A DNA stretch of 64,000 nucleotides from Gammaproteobacteria bacterium (GCA_028821195.1 JAPPHB010000118.1:19765-83764), one strand, 5' to 3'. Numbered from the stretch's first letter, positions 36,240 to 45,646 are shown. Program-made: numbers and translations. The notes: generated by a model from the letters alone, not told the origin.

Positions 36240-37769
36240 TCATCCGAGAGACTCTTCGACGGCTTCCCGCGCTGCGGCTTCGATCTCCCAGGGGATATCG
36301 GCGTCGCGATAGAGGGCAGCGCCATTAGGGAGCTTGGTAAGTTCACGCGTCGACGGGGCCCCGGGACGGACCGATGGGACAGGCGGCAGGTCTGGGTTCG
36401 AGCGCTGCTCCGCTGAATCCGCCCACCCGCGCCGCTTCCGCGCTTCGGCCCGCTCGACCCGCTTCGGCGCATCCACCAGCATTCTTCCCTTCGGCGTGAA
36501 GAACAGCACCGTCCCGTCACCGTTTACGGATACCTTGATCCGTCCCTCGTGAACGGCGCGGTGATGCCGCCGACAGAGCAGCAGCGTGTTTCGGAGGCTC
36601 GTCTCACCCCCGTCCGCCCAGTGCTTCACGTGATGCGCCTCGGTGAACCTGCACCCACACCCGGGAAAGCGGCATCCACGGTCGCGTTCCTCCAGCGCCC
36701 GGCGGATGTGCGGAGGAATCGTGCGCGTCCGGCGACCGACGTTCAGCAGCGAGCCGTCCTTCGCGTGGACCATCGCGACGACGGCGGCATCGCACGCCAT
36801 GCGGCGCGACGTTTCCGCGGAGACGCGGATCCCGTCCAGATCCGAGCGTCCCGTCTCGCCTTCGGCCGCAAGCGTTGCCGCATCGCAATGGACCATGACT
36901 TGGTAGCGCTCGGCGCGGGTGCCGGACTCGACTTTGCGCTCCGAGTCCGAACCAGCCGTCGCTCCATCGTCTGGCGTCGCGCTCGACTCGCCGCCCCCGA
37001 ACCCCGCCGCCAGCGCCCGCTCCGCAAGCAGCCCCACGGCGTCCGCCCGGCGCTGTTTCGGCTTCGGCCGGGGATCATCGGGACCAGGCTCGCGGGTCGC
37101 CGCGCCCCCTCCCCTGCTTCCGGCATCCCGTCCGCCATGGGCGGCCCCGCCCTCGCCCCGGAACAGCGCATCCGACGCCGCCTCCACCGCCCGCATCAGC
37201 ACCGCTCCGACCTCCGGCTCGAGCCGTCCCTTCACCACGTACATCCCGTCGCCGTCCACGAACACCGAGAACGCGCGGCTGCGGTGCCGCGCCTGTTCGG
37301 CGGTCAACTCCTCATCGCGCGACAGCTTCTTCCACATGCGCACCATCTGCTCCAGGTTCGCCGCCGACCCGGCGCGTGCGAACTCGAGCAACTCTGTCTC
37401 GCTCTCCGGAGTAGCCACGCGCGTGAGCGCCCGCACCTTGGCGTAGGAGATGGTCCCGTCCCTAAGGGCGTCGGCGGTCTGCGGCAGGTTCTCCAGCGCG
37501 CGGGCGGCGCGGACCCGTTCGCGGGCCGGCCCGATCGTGATGCCGATCTTCCAGGCCAGCCACTCGGCGCAGGAGCCGAACCCGTCCTTCCAGCCGCCCC
37601 GGCGATCGAAATCGGTGATGAGGGCCATCATCCGGGCTTCTGCGGCGTTGATGCCCTCGGCCAGCTCCGCGATGCGCTCGCCGATCTGGCGGAGTTCATC
37701 GTCGTCGTGGGGCCGGGGAAGAGGCTTCTTGTGAGTGTCGTAGAGAAGGTCCCGGGATGCGATCATCAT
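36240..37769 (-). CDS. DUF222 + HNH endonuclease family protein (REP13E12-like), copy B
   Basis: Same architecture and motifs as copy A (CRFPGCGCRFTEAHHVKHWADGGETSLRNTLLLCRRHHRAVHEG). ATG ATG at 37769/37766 behind GGGAGGA. The ORF is open to 37835. Confidence 0.85.
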   Translation of the reverse strand: MMIASRDLLYDTHKKPLPRPHDDDELRQIGERIAELAEGINAAEARMMALITDFDRRGGWKDGFGSCAEWLAWKIGITIGPARERVRAARALENLPQTADALRDGTISYAKVRALTRVATPESETELLEFARAGSAANLEQMVRMWKKLSRDEELTAEQARHRSRAFSVFVDGDGMYVVKGRLEPEVGAVLMRAVEAASDALFRGEGGAAHGGRDAGSRGGGAATREPGPDDPRPKPKQRRADAVGLLAERALAAGFGGGESSATPDDGATAGSDSERKVESGTRAERYQVMVHCDAATLAAEGETGRSDLDGIRVSAETSRRMACDAAVVAMVHAKDGSLLNVGRRTRTIPPHIRRALEERDRGCRFPGCGCRFTEAHHVKHWADGGETSLRNTLLLCRRHHRAVHEGRIKVSVNGDGTVLFFTPKGRMLVDAPKRVERAEARKRRGWADSAEQRSNPDLPPVPSVRPGAPSTRELTKLPNGAALYRDADIPWEIEAAAREAVEESLG

Positions 37770-37780
37770 TCCTCCCAACG

Positions 37781-37816
37781 ATATATTGTACATTGAGTTA
37801 CATAAAATATAACGGC
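37781..37816. promoter_or_regulatory. Conserved AT-rich island upstream of HNH copy B
   Basis: atatattgtacattgagttacataaaatataacggc. TACAAT reads toward HNH. TTGTAC (37786-37791)-N16-TATAAC (37808-37813) reads toward the motif array. Confidence 0.35.
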
Positions 37817-37977
37817 ACCGGAATCGGCCTCCCACGATGCTCTGTAATGGCCGAAGTGGGGTCGGGAGAAGATCGAGGAAGGAAGGGGCCTGCGAGCGCT
37901 CTCACAGAGGCGGTCAGCGCTGCTGGCGGGCTATGGAGTCCGGGATATCGGATTGCGTCGAGGCGCGCGCCGAAATC

Positions 37978-38103
37978 CTGTCAATGGCAGAACGGGACGC
38001 GCCGATGTGAATTCGAGCGAGACTTGGCGCGGGCCCGCGGGAGCCGTACGTCGAGCTCCTGTCAATGGCGAGACTGGCCCTGCCGATGTGAATTCGGGCG
38101 ACG
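37978..38103. repeat. Array of two copies of the same 45-bp bipartite motif with a 36-nt unrelated spacer
   Basis: Copies at 37978-38022 and 38059-38103 (ctgtcaatggcagaacgggac gcgccg atgtgaattcgag...; ctgtcaatggcgagactggcc ctgccg atgtgaattcggg...). Same orientation relative to the HNH gene as in locus A. Confidence 0.9.
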
Positions 38104-38218
38104 TGCCGCCGCGCTCCGGATCAGAAAAGGATGATCTCGATCCTGGAGCGACGGTCCGGTCCGGCCGAACAAGCGGATTGGCGAGGGCGGGACGAAGGAA
38201 GCCGACGAGACCCCGCCG

Positions 38219-40450
38219 TCAGCCCCTCCCCCCGCCCTCCGAGTGCAACCGCAGCACCGGACCCTGGTCCCGCTCCAGCGCGCTGCCCCGTCCCGACAGG
38301 CTGGGGTTGTTCATGAAGTAGTCGTGGGCGCTGAAGGCGCGCTTCCCGTCCGGCACCCGGCTGTAGGACCCGTCGGCCGCCAGGCGCCAACTGCTCTCGG
38401 TGTCCTTCAGGTTCGCGACCATGATCTCGTCGAGGATCTGGCGGTGCACCGTCCGGTTGGTGACCGGAACCAGCAGCTCCACGCGCCGGTCCAGGTTGCG
38501 CGGCATCCAGTCCGCCGATGAGATGAACACCTTCGCCCGGTCCGAAGGCAACTCCGCCCCGCCCCCCACGCACACGATGCGCGAGTGCTCCAGGAACCGG
38601 CCCACGATGCTGGTCACCGTGATGTTCTCGGAGAGTCCCGGGACGCCGGGGCGCAGGCAGCAGATGCCGCGCACCACGAGATGTATCTTCACGCCCGCGC
38701 GCGAGGCGTCGTAGAGGGCGTCGATGACCTCGCTGTCGAGCAGGGAGTTCATCTTGGCCCAGATGCCCGCGGGCTCTCCCCGGCGCGCGCGTTCCGCCTC
38801 GCCTGCGATGAGTTCGAGCAGCGTGCTGCGCATGGTGAAGGGCGCGATCGACAGCTGGTCCAGGCCCTCGGGACGGGCATAGCCGGTCATGAAGTTGAAG
38901 GCCCGCGCGGCATCGCGCGCCAGCGCCGGATCGCACGTGAAATACGACAGGTCAGTGTAGATCTTGGCGGTCACCGGGTGATAGTTCCCCGTACCGAAGT
39001 GGACGTAGGAGCGGAGCGACCCCGCCTCCCGTCGCACCACCAGCGAGATCTTGGCGTGCGTCTTCAGCTCCGCCACCCCGAAGACGACGTGCACCCCGGC
39101 GCGCTCCATCCCGCGCGCGAAGGCGATGTTGGCCGCCTCGTCGAAACGCGCCTTCAACTCGACCAGCGCGGTCACGTTCTTGCCCGCCTCGGCCGCCTCG
39201 ATCAGCGCCGTGACGATGGGGGAGTCCTGGCTCGTCCGGTAGAGCGTCTGCTTGATGGCCACCACGGCCGGATCCTCGGCGGCCTGACGCAGCAGCTGCA
39301 CCACCACGTCGAAGCTCTCGTACGGGTGGTGCACGAGGATGTCCTTCATGCGGATGGCGGCGAAGCAGTCCCCGCCGAAGTCGCGAATCCGCTCCGGGAA
39401 GCGTGCGTTGTAGGGCGAAAACACCAGATCCGGGCGATCGTCGCCGATGAGCTGCGCGGTGTCGCCCAGCCCCAGCAGGTCGCCCTCGCGGAAGATGTCT
39501 GCGGGGCCGACGTCCAGCTCGCGCATCAGGAAGCGCTGCAGGGTCCCGGACATGCCGCGCGACACTCTCAGGTGGATGACCCGCCCCCTGCGCCTGCGCT
39601 TGAGCGCGGATTCGAATTCCAGCAGCAGATCCTCGGCCTCGTCCTCGATCTCCACGTCGCTGTCGCGGATCACGCGGAAATACCCGGTCTCCCTGACCGC
39701 AAAGCCCGGGAAGAGGCTGTCCAGGTGCATCCCGAGCAGCTCCTCGAGGCGAATGAAGCGCTGGTTCTCTCCCGGAATGGCGATGAAGCGGTCGATCTGG
39801 GAAGGCAGCGGAAGCAGGGCGTGCATCTCGGTGCCGTCCCGCGGGCGCGCCAGCGACAGCACCATTGCGTAGCCGGTATTGGGGATGAAGGGGAAGGGAT
39901 GGGCCGGGTCCACGGCCAGCGGGGTAAGGACCTGGAAGATCTGCTCGTCGAAGTAGGCGTCCAGGGCCGAACGCGCGGCCCCGCTCAGCTCGTTCGGATG
40001 CGCGATGACGATGCCCACGCCGCGCAGTTCGTCACGCACTTCGCGCCATCTCTTCTGCTGGCGCACCATCAGCGCCCTGGCACGGCGGTCGATGGCCCGG
40101 AGCTGCTGGGCCGGCGTCATGCCCTCGGGGGTCGTGGTGGTAATGCCGGCGTCCACCTGGGCCCTCAGCCCCGCCACGCGCACCATGTAGAACTCGTCGA
40201 GGTTGGTGGCGGAGATGGAGAGGAAGCGCAGCCTCTCCAGCAGCGGATGCCGGGAGCTCGAGGACTCCGCCAGCACGCGCTCGTTGAACGCCAGCCACGA
40301 GAGCTCCCGGTTGATGAAGCGCTCGGGGGCTTCAGGCGTCAGGGTCTGGGCAGCAGCTGCCTGGGTCACGCGGATCGGCTCCGGCACCGGGGACACGAAA
40401 CGCCGCCCGCCGGTCCCGGCCGGTGCGGCGCATGTCGAAGTCTGTACCAT
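38219..40450 (-). CDS. ppk: Polyphosphate kinase 1
   Basis: [17 protein letters not shown] start and four-domain PPK1 length, with C-terminal PLD-like domains ([18 protein letters not shown]). Confidence 0.9.
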   Translation of the reverse strand: MVQTSTCAAPAGTGGRRFVSPVPEPIRVTQAAAAQTLTPEAPERFINRELSWLAFNERVLAESSSSRHPLLERLRFLSISATNLDEFYMVRVAGLRAQVDAGITTTTPEGMTPAQQLRAIDRRARALMVRQQKRWREVRDELRGVGIVIAHPNELSGAARSALDAYFDEQIFQVLTPLAVDPAHPFPFIPNTGYAMVLSLARPRDGTEMHALLPLPSQIDRFIAIPGENQRFIRLEELLGMHLDSLFPGFAVRETGYFRVIRDSDVEIEDEAEDLLLEFESALKRRRRGRVIHLRVSRGMSGTLQRFLMRELDVGPADIFREGDLLGLGDTAQLIGDDRPDLVFSPYNARFPERIRDFGGDCFAAIRMKDILVHHPYESFDVVVQLLRQAAEDPAVVAIKQTLYRTSQDSPIVTALIEAAEAGKNVTALVELKARFDEAANIAFARGMERAGVHVVFGVAELKTHAKISLVVRREAGSLRSYVHFGTGNYHPVTAKIYTDLSYFTCDPALARDAARAFNFMTGYARPEGLDQLSIAPFTMRSTLLELIAGEAERARRGEPAGIWAKMNSLLDSEVIDALYDASRAGVKIHLVVRGICCLRPGVPGLSENITVTSIVGRFLEHSRIVCVGGGAELPSDRAKVFISSADWMPRNLDRRVELLVPVTNRTVHRQILDEIMVANLKDTESSWRLAADGSYSRVPDGKRAFSAHDYFMNNPSLSGRGSALERDQGPVLRLHSEGGGRG

Positions 40451-40513
40451 TCTTACACTTCGCCGGGCGGGTCAAGGTTCCACGGCGGCTTTCTGCGGGG
40501 ACAGCTCAGCTCG

Positions 40514-41668
40514 TCAGCGGAGGTGAACCCGGAAATCCTTGAGCCAGAGTTCGCCTGCGCCGCTGACCGCCTCGTTGCCGAACTCGATCGCGGTCAGGTA
40601 GTGGTCGGCGGGGAGATAGCCCCGGTCGATCAGGTAGCGGAAGAGGGCCAGCAGGTCGACGGAACCGACCAGCAGATCGCGGTGCCGCACCAGAGCCATG
40701 TAGTCGGCGACCAGCTCGCGGTCCCCGTCGGCGTTCGGCCAGACCCTGTCCGGCCAGTGGTACAGATCCCACAGGACGCCCTCGATCCGGACCGGGCCGA
40801 CATAGAACTGCTGCCCCGCCGGCCGGAAATCATGATCCAGCCAGATCATCACTTCGTGTGAGATGCCGGACACGCTGGGCGGATCGTCGCGCGTGATCCA
40901 GAAGTCGAACGCGAGGTTGTAGGTGCCCTCGACGGCGAGATAGGCCGCGTAGTCGACCTCCAGGGCTTCGATGGCGTCGATTCGTCGAGGAAGCTCCGGC
41001 GTGGTCGACCGTGGATGCCAGGGCTTGTGCCCGTAGATGAGCTCCGGGTACGCCTTGACCTGCCCCCTCCTCGTCGGCCAGCGCCATCGCCAGCCGTATT
41101 CCACCCTCTCGACCAGCCCGGGCACGGTCCGCCGCATGATGCATTGCTCGTAGTCTCTCGTGTCCTGCCGGTTCCAGACGTTGTTGAAGTAGGAGAAGTC
41201 ACCCACGAACCACTCTTCCCAGCCCCGGCAGGCCATGATCTCCGGCGCCACGGGCGTGGGATCCGCGGGCGGAGGCGTGGCGTCGAAGGGTGCGGGTCCG
41301 GGGACGGTCGCCAGGGCGGTCCCCGAGATCGAACCCGCCGCCGCCGTGATCATCGCGTGTCCCTTTCCGGCCGCCTGCACGACACCCGCCGAGTCCACGG
41401 TTGCCACCGAGGGGTCGCTCGATTCCCATGTGAAGGGGAGGTCCGGAACCCTGTGACCGTCCGCGTCCGCGGCGGTCGCCCCCAGCCGGATCGTGTCCCC
41501 TATGGCTGGCAGCGTGACCGCGGAGGGGGAGAGGACGATGCTCGCGGGTCCGGTCGACGGAGGGGCAACCGGTGCGTCGTCCCCTCTGCAGCCGGCGAGG
41601 CAGGGGACTACAATGGCCGCGAGCACGATGACGGTCACGGTATCGGACCTGATCAGGTGTGCCGGCAT
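40514..41668 (-). CDS. Lipoprotein with a Big_2 Ig-like domain fused to a GH12-like glycoside hydrolase domain
   Basis: ATG 41668 gives MPAHLIRSDTVTVIVLAAIVVPCLAGC (lipobox). Big_2 (SPSAVTLPAIGDTIRL..SSDPSVATVDSAGVV). GH12-like YPELIYG, YNLAFDFWI, HEVMIWLD, FGNEAVSG. Confidence 0.6.
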   Translation of the reverse strand: MPAHLIRSDTVTVIVLAAIVVPCLAGCRGDDAPVAPPSTGPASIVLSPSAVTLPAIGDTIRLGATAADADGHRVPDLPFTWESSDPSVATVDSAGVVQAAGKGHAMITAAAGSISGTALATVPGPAPFDATPPPADPTPVAPEIMACRGWEEWFVGDFSYFNNVWNRQDTRDYEQCIMRRTVPGLVERVEYGWRWRWPTRRGQVKAYPELIYGHKPWHPRSTTPELPRRIDAIEALEVDYAAYLAVEGTYNLAFDFWITRDDPPSVSGISHEVMIWLDHDFRPAGQQFYVGPVRIEGVLWDLYHWPDRVWPNADGDRELVADYMALVRHRDLLVGSVDLLALFRYLIDRGYLPADHYLTAIEFGNEAVSGAGELWLKDFRVHLR

Positions 41669-41778
41669 TCGCGTTGCTCTCAGTCGTGACTCCCGGCGGA
41701 AGCATTGCGCCGATCCGCCGACGCAAGGATAAACCGTGGGCCAAATCCCCTCCAGGAACAACCGCGGGCCTGTTTATT

Positions 41779-41796
41779 GCCGGGGAAGTCCCCGGC
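41779..41796. promoter_or_regulatory. Perfect 7-bp inverted repeat in a divergent intergenic region
   Basis: GCCGGGG-AAGT-CCCCGGC between the GH12-like gene (minus strand) and the radical SAM gene (plus strand). No gene ends here, so an operator is more likely than a terminator. Confidence 0.3.
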
Positions 41797-41869
41797 TGGC
41801 GCGTGTCTCCGCCGCATGCGCTAGGTTCAGGGCACGGACAGGGCGGTCCGAGGAGCCGCGGATCATCTG

Positions 41870-42841
41870 ATGAAAGACCTCAACATCCTTCCCAGCGCGT
41901 CCACCGCCGTCAACGGCCTTGGCGGAGGCCGGGTTGCGGCTCTGCCGCGCGGCGCCGAGTCGCCTCCGCAGGTGCCCCTGCGGGCCCTGGACCAGCTCTG
42001 GTTCCAGGTGAGCGGCACGGTGTGCAACCTGCGCTGCCGCCACTGCTTCATCTCATGCAGCCCGGACAACCATTCGTTCTGGTTCATGACCCGCGGCCAG
42101 GTCGCCGCAGCCCTCGCCGAATCCGTTCCGCTGGGAGTGAAGGAGTACTACTTCACCGGCGGCGAGCCCTTCATGAATCACGAGATGTGCGGCATCCTCG
42201 AGGATACGCTGGAACTGGGGCCGGCCACGGTGCTGACCAACGCGACCCTCCTGCCCGAGCGGACGGTGCGCGAATTGGCCCGGCTGGCCGCCGGATCGCC
42301 GTATTCGCTGGAACTGCGGGTGAGCCTGGACGGGGTCACCCCGGAGATGAACGACGCCATCCGCGGAGACGGGACCTTCGCGCGCTGCATGGAGGGCGTG
42401 GGACGTCTGGTCGACGCCGGGTTCCTGCCCATCATCACCGCCATGCAAAGCTGGCCCGAAGCCGAGACCGGACGCATCCTGGGAGGCTTTCGCGAGCTTC
42501 TGGCGGATGTGGGCTACGACCGCGCCCGGCTGAAGATCATCCCGCCGCTGCTCATCGGCGAGGAAGCCCGGCGCACGCAGGGGTACGCGCCTTCGATGCG
42601 GGTCACCCACGAGATGCTGCACGGCTTCGATCTCGATCAGCTTCTTTGCACGCGCGCGCGCCTGGTCACGGCCGCCGGGGTCCACGTCTGCCCCATCCTG
42701 CTCGACTATCCGGGCGCGCGCCTGGGCGACACCCTCGGCGAAGCGGTGGCGCGGCCCGCCTCGCTGTCCGAGCAGGCCTGCTACACCTGCTATCTGCACG
42801 GGTCCATCTGCGCCAACACCGCGGCGAGCGGCGAGTTCTAG
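41870..42841 (+). CDS. Radical SAM enzyme with a Cys-rich C-terminal (SPASM-like) region
   Basis: CNLRCRHCF (CxxxCxxC), GGEPF, and C-terminal Cys residues (VCPILLD...CYTCYLHGSIC). Confidence 0.8.
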   Translation: MKDLNILPSASTAVNGLGGGRVAALPRGAESPPQVPLRALDQLWFQVSGTVCNLRCRHCFISCSPDNHSFWFMTRGQVAAALAESVPLGVKEYYFTGGEPFMNHEMCGILEDTLELGPATVLTNATLLPERTVRELARLAAGSPYSLELRVSLDGVTPEMNDAIRGDGTFARCMEGVGRLVDAGFLPIITAMQSWPEAETGRILGGFRELLADVGYDRARLKIIPPLLIGEEARRTQGYAPSMRVTHEMLHGFDLDQLLCTRARLVTAAGVHVCPILLDYPGARLGDTLGEAVARPASLSEQACYTCYLHGSICANTAASGEF

Positions 42842-42848
42842 CGGGTGG

Positions 42849-43721
42849 ATGAATCGGCGCGAGCGCCGGGAACGGGAGCATCGGGCCGGTCCCGCGGCGC
42901 GGGATTGTGACGTGAACGCCCCCGCGGAGTCGGACCGGTTGGATCGCGTGGCCGTGTTCGGCGGCATCTACTCGAACCACCTGGCGCTGGCGGCGGCGGT
43001 CGAAGATGCGCATGCGCGCGGCGCGGAGGCGCTTTTCTGCCTGGGTGATCTGGGGGGGTTCGGGCCCAATCCGGACAAGGTCTTCCCCATTCTCCGGCGC
43101 GAGGGGGTGCGCGTGGTGCAGGGCAACTACGACGATTCCATCGGACATGGGCTGGACGACTGCCGCTGCGGCTACACCGACCCGCGCGACAATCACTACG
43201 CCAGGCTGGCGTACGACTACGCGCTCTCCAATACGTCCGGCGCGCATCGCCGCTGGCTGGCCGCGCTGCCCCCCGCCATCCGCTTTCGGCTGGGCACGCT
43301 GCGTGTTCTCGCGTGTCACGGCAGCCCGCGTCAGGTCAACGAGTTCCTGTGGGAGACCACGACGCCCTCGCATTTTCTGGCGAAGCTCGCCGCGGACGCC
43401 GGCTGTGACGTGATTCTCGGGGGACACACGGGCATCCACTGGGCCCGGCGGTTCGCGCCCGGCGGCTGGTACGTCAACGCGGGAGCGCTGGGGCGGCCGG
43501 CGAACGACGGGCGAACCTGCGTCTGGTATGCTATGGTATCGGCCGAGGGCGACCGGTTGGGCGTCGACTTCGTTCCGGTCCGCTACGATCACGAGGCGCT
43601 GGCCCGCGAGATGGCGGGGGAAGGCATCTGTGAGGAGTTCATCACGACCATTCGCACCGGGTGGTGGACCACCTGCCTGGAGATCCTGCCGGGCAAGGAG
43701 CGCGCGCGCGGGCGCTACTGA
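42849..43721 (+). CDS. Metallophosphoesterase (YfcE/calcineurin-like) with a Cys insert
   Basis: VAVFGGIYSN, CLGDLGG, GNYD, ACHGSP, GGHTG. The unusual insert is LDDCRCGYTDPRD. It starts 7 nt after the radical SAM stop. Confidence 0.75.
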   Translation: MNRRERREREHRAGPAARDCDVNAPAESDRLDRVAVFGGIYSNHLALAAAVEDAHARGAEALFCLGDLGGFGPNPDKVFPILRREGVRVVQGNYDDSIGHGLDDCRCGYTDPRDNHYARLAYDYALSNTSGAHRRWLAALPPAIRFRLGTLRVLACHGSPRQVNEFLWETTTPSHFLAKLAADAGCDVILGGHTGIHWARRFAPGGWYVNAGALGRPANDGRTCVWYAMVSAEGDRLGVDFVPVRYDHEALAREMAGEGICEEFITTIRTGWWTTCLEILPGKERARGRY

Positions 43722-43769
43722 CGCCGGGCCGGCCGAACTTCCGTCGGGCAACCCAGCCGAGAGACGCCG

Positions 43770-45593
43770 TTGAGCACGCATATCGCCTACCTGGATGGTC
43801 CGCGCCTGCGCCGTTCGCTGGTGGCGGCCTGCGAGTACACCCGGCAGCAGCGCCAGGAACTCAACCGCATCAACGTCTTCCCGGTGCCCGACGGCGATAC
43901 CGGCACCAACCTTGCGCTCACCGTCGAGGCCATCGCGGACCGTCTGCGCCGCAACCGGGACCGGGACGTCTCGACCGTCGCGGATCAGGCGGCCGAAGCG
44001 GCGCTGCTCGGAGCCCGCGGCAACAGCGGGATGATGCTGTCGCACTTCCTGCTGGGCTTCGCGGCGCAGCTCAGGGGGCGCCGGCGCGTGGGTCCGCGCG
44101 GATTCGCGAGCGCGCTCGCCGGGGGCATCGACAACCTGTACGATGCGCTCGACGATCCGGTCGAAGGCACCATTCTGACGGTGATCCGCGACACCGCGAA
44201 CGCCGCCCGCGAGGCGGTGGCCACCGACTTCGTTCCCTACGTCGAGGGACTGGTGGACGCCGCCCGGAAGTCGCTCGAGCGCACACCTTCGCTGCTCCCG
44301 GTGCTGAAGGAAGCAGGTGTGGTGGATGCGGGCGGACGCGGCTTCGTGCACATGCTGGAGGGCGTGCTCCTGCTCATCAACGGTGACCCGATCGTGGCCG
44401 GGGACGACACGGACTACTCGGACGTCCCGTCTGCGGTCGCGGAGATGGAGTACCCGGCGGACGAGGAGCAGTACCGCTACTGTACGGAGGCGCTGGTGCG
44501 GGGCGAGAGGCTGCCGGCGTCGGCGGTGGTGCGCGAGGAACTGCGCCGCCACGGGGACTCGATCATCGTGGTCAGCTCGGACACCCTGCTCAAGGTGCAC
44601 ATCCACACCGACGGCCCCGAAGGCGTCTTTTCCTATCTCCGCACCCTGGGGCGGCTGGCCACGAAGAAGGCCGAGGACATGCGCGCGCAGCACGCGGCGG
44701 CGCGTCACGGCGGCGGACACCACCGGAGCCTCGTGCGGCGGCCGTTCGCGATCGTGACCGACAGCGGCAACGACCTTCCCGAGGAAATCGTCCGGGCGCA
44801 CGGCATCCACGTGGTCCCGGCCATCCTGGTGGACGGGGGCCGGCCCCTGCGCGACGGCATCGACATCACCGCCGACGACTTCCACGAGAAGATGCGCGAC
44901 GCCGACGGCGAACTCCCCACCACCTCCCAGCCACCGCCTCAGGCCTTCGTGGACGGCTTCACCCGTGCCGCCGAGGACGGGGACCGAATCCTGGGCGTGC
45001 TGCTGGGCAGCGGCGTGTCCGGCACCTTCGGCTCCGCGGAGGCTGCGGCGCGCACCTTCGACGGGGTGCCGGTGCATCTCTTCGATTCGCGCGGCGTGTC
45101 GGTGCTCGAGGGGCTGATGGTGCTCAAGGCGGCCGAGCTGGCGGAGAGCGGGATGTCCGCCGGGGAGATCCTGGCCGAGCTCGCCCGGGTGCGCGACCAG
45201 TCGGGCATCTTCGCCACCGTGGACACCTTCGACCGACTGCTGCATTCCGGCCGCGTGGGCAAGGGGCAGGCGTGGGTCGGGGGCATGCTGGGCGTGAAGC
45301 CCATCCTGTCGCTGACCGATGAGGGGAAGGTCGGTCCGGTCGGCAAGGTGATCGGCCGGCGGAAGGTTCTTCCGGCGGTGATGGGGCTGCTGGAAGACCG
45401 CATCCCGGCCGGCGCGAAGAAGCTGCGCTTCGGCGTGGTGCACGTCGGGTATCCGGAGATCATCGAGCAGGTGTCGGCCGCCCTGCGGGCGCGCTACGGC
45501 GACGTCGACATCCTCACCGGGCCCGCGGCACCGATCTTCGCCACCCACGTGGGGCTGGGCGCCTGGTGCCTGGCATACATGGTGGAGGACTAG
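43770..45593 (+). CDS. DhaL(DAK2)/FakA-like N and middle domains fused to a full DegV (FakB-like) domain
   Basis: TTG start. NVFPVPDGDTGTNL (DAK2/YloV motif), YRYCTE...GDSIIVVSSDTLLKVHIHTDGP (FakA middle-domain pattern). From about nt 44742: FAIVTDSGNDLP...TSQPPP...GSGVSGTFGSA...LLHSGRV...KPIL (DegV pattern). Confidence 0.75.
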   Translation: MSTHIAYLDGPRLRRSLVAACEYTRQQRQELNRINVFPVPDGDTGTNLALTVEAIADRLRRNRDRDVSTVADQAAEAALLGARGNSGMMLSHFLLGFAAQLRGRRRVGPRGFASALAGGIDNLYDALDDPVEGTILTVIRDTANAAREAVATDFVPYVEGLVDAARKSLERTPSLLPVLKEAGVVDAGGRGFVHMLEGVLLLINGDPIVAGDDTDYSDVPSAVAEMEYPADEEQYRYCTEALVRGERLPASAVVREELRRHGDSIIVVSSDTLLKVHIHTDGPEGVFSYLRTLGRLATKKAEDMRAQHAAARHGGGHHRSLVRRPFAIVTDSGNDLPEEIVRAHGIHVVPAILVDGGRPLRDGIDITADDFHEKMRDADGELPTTSQPPPQAFVDGFTRAAEDGDRILGVLLGSGVSGTFGSAEAAARTFDGVPVHLFDSRGVSVLEGLMVLKAAELAESGMSAGEILAELARVRDQSGIFATVDTFDRLLHSGRVGKGQAWVGGMLGVKPILSLTDEGKVGPVGKVIGRRKVLPAVMGLLEDRIPAGAKKLRFGVVHVGYPEIIEQVSAALRARYGDVDILTGPAAPIFATHVGLGAWCLAYMVED

Positions 45594-45646
45594 CGTCGCT
45601 ACTGCGACGAGCTTCCGGCGCGCGCGCGCCTGTGGTACGATGAAGT

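Noticed and set aside
38104-38218. Imperfect hairpin plus T-run on the minus strand downstream of the ppk1 stop, as the ppk1 terminator.
   Set aside because: The stem is short or imperfect (4 bp, or a bulged 9-10 bp alternative) and the T tract is interrupted. This is too weak to annotate with confidence.
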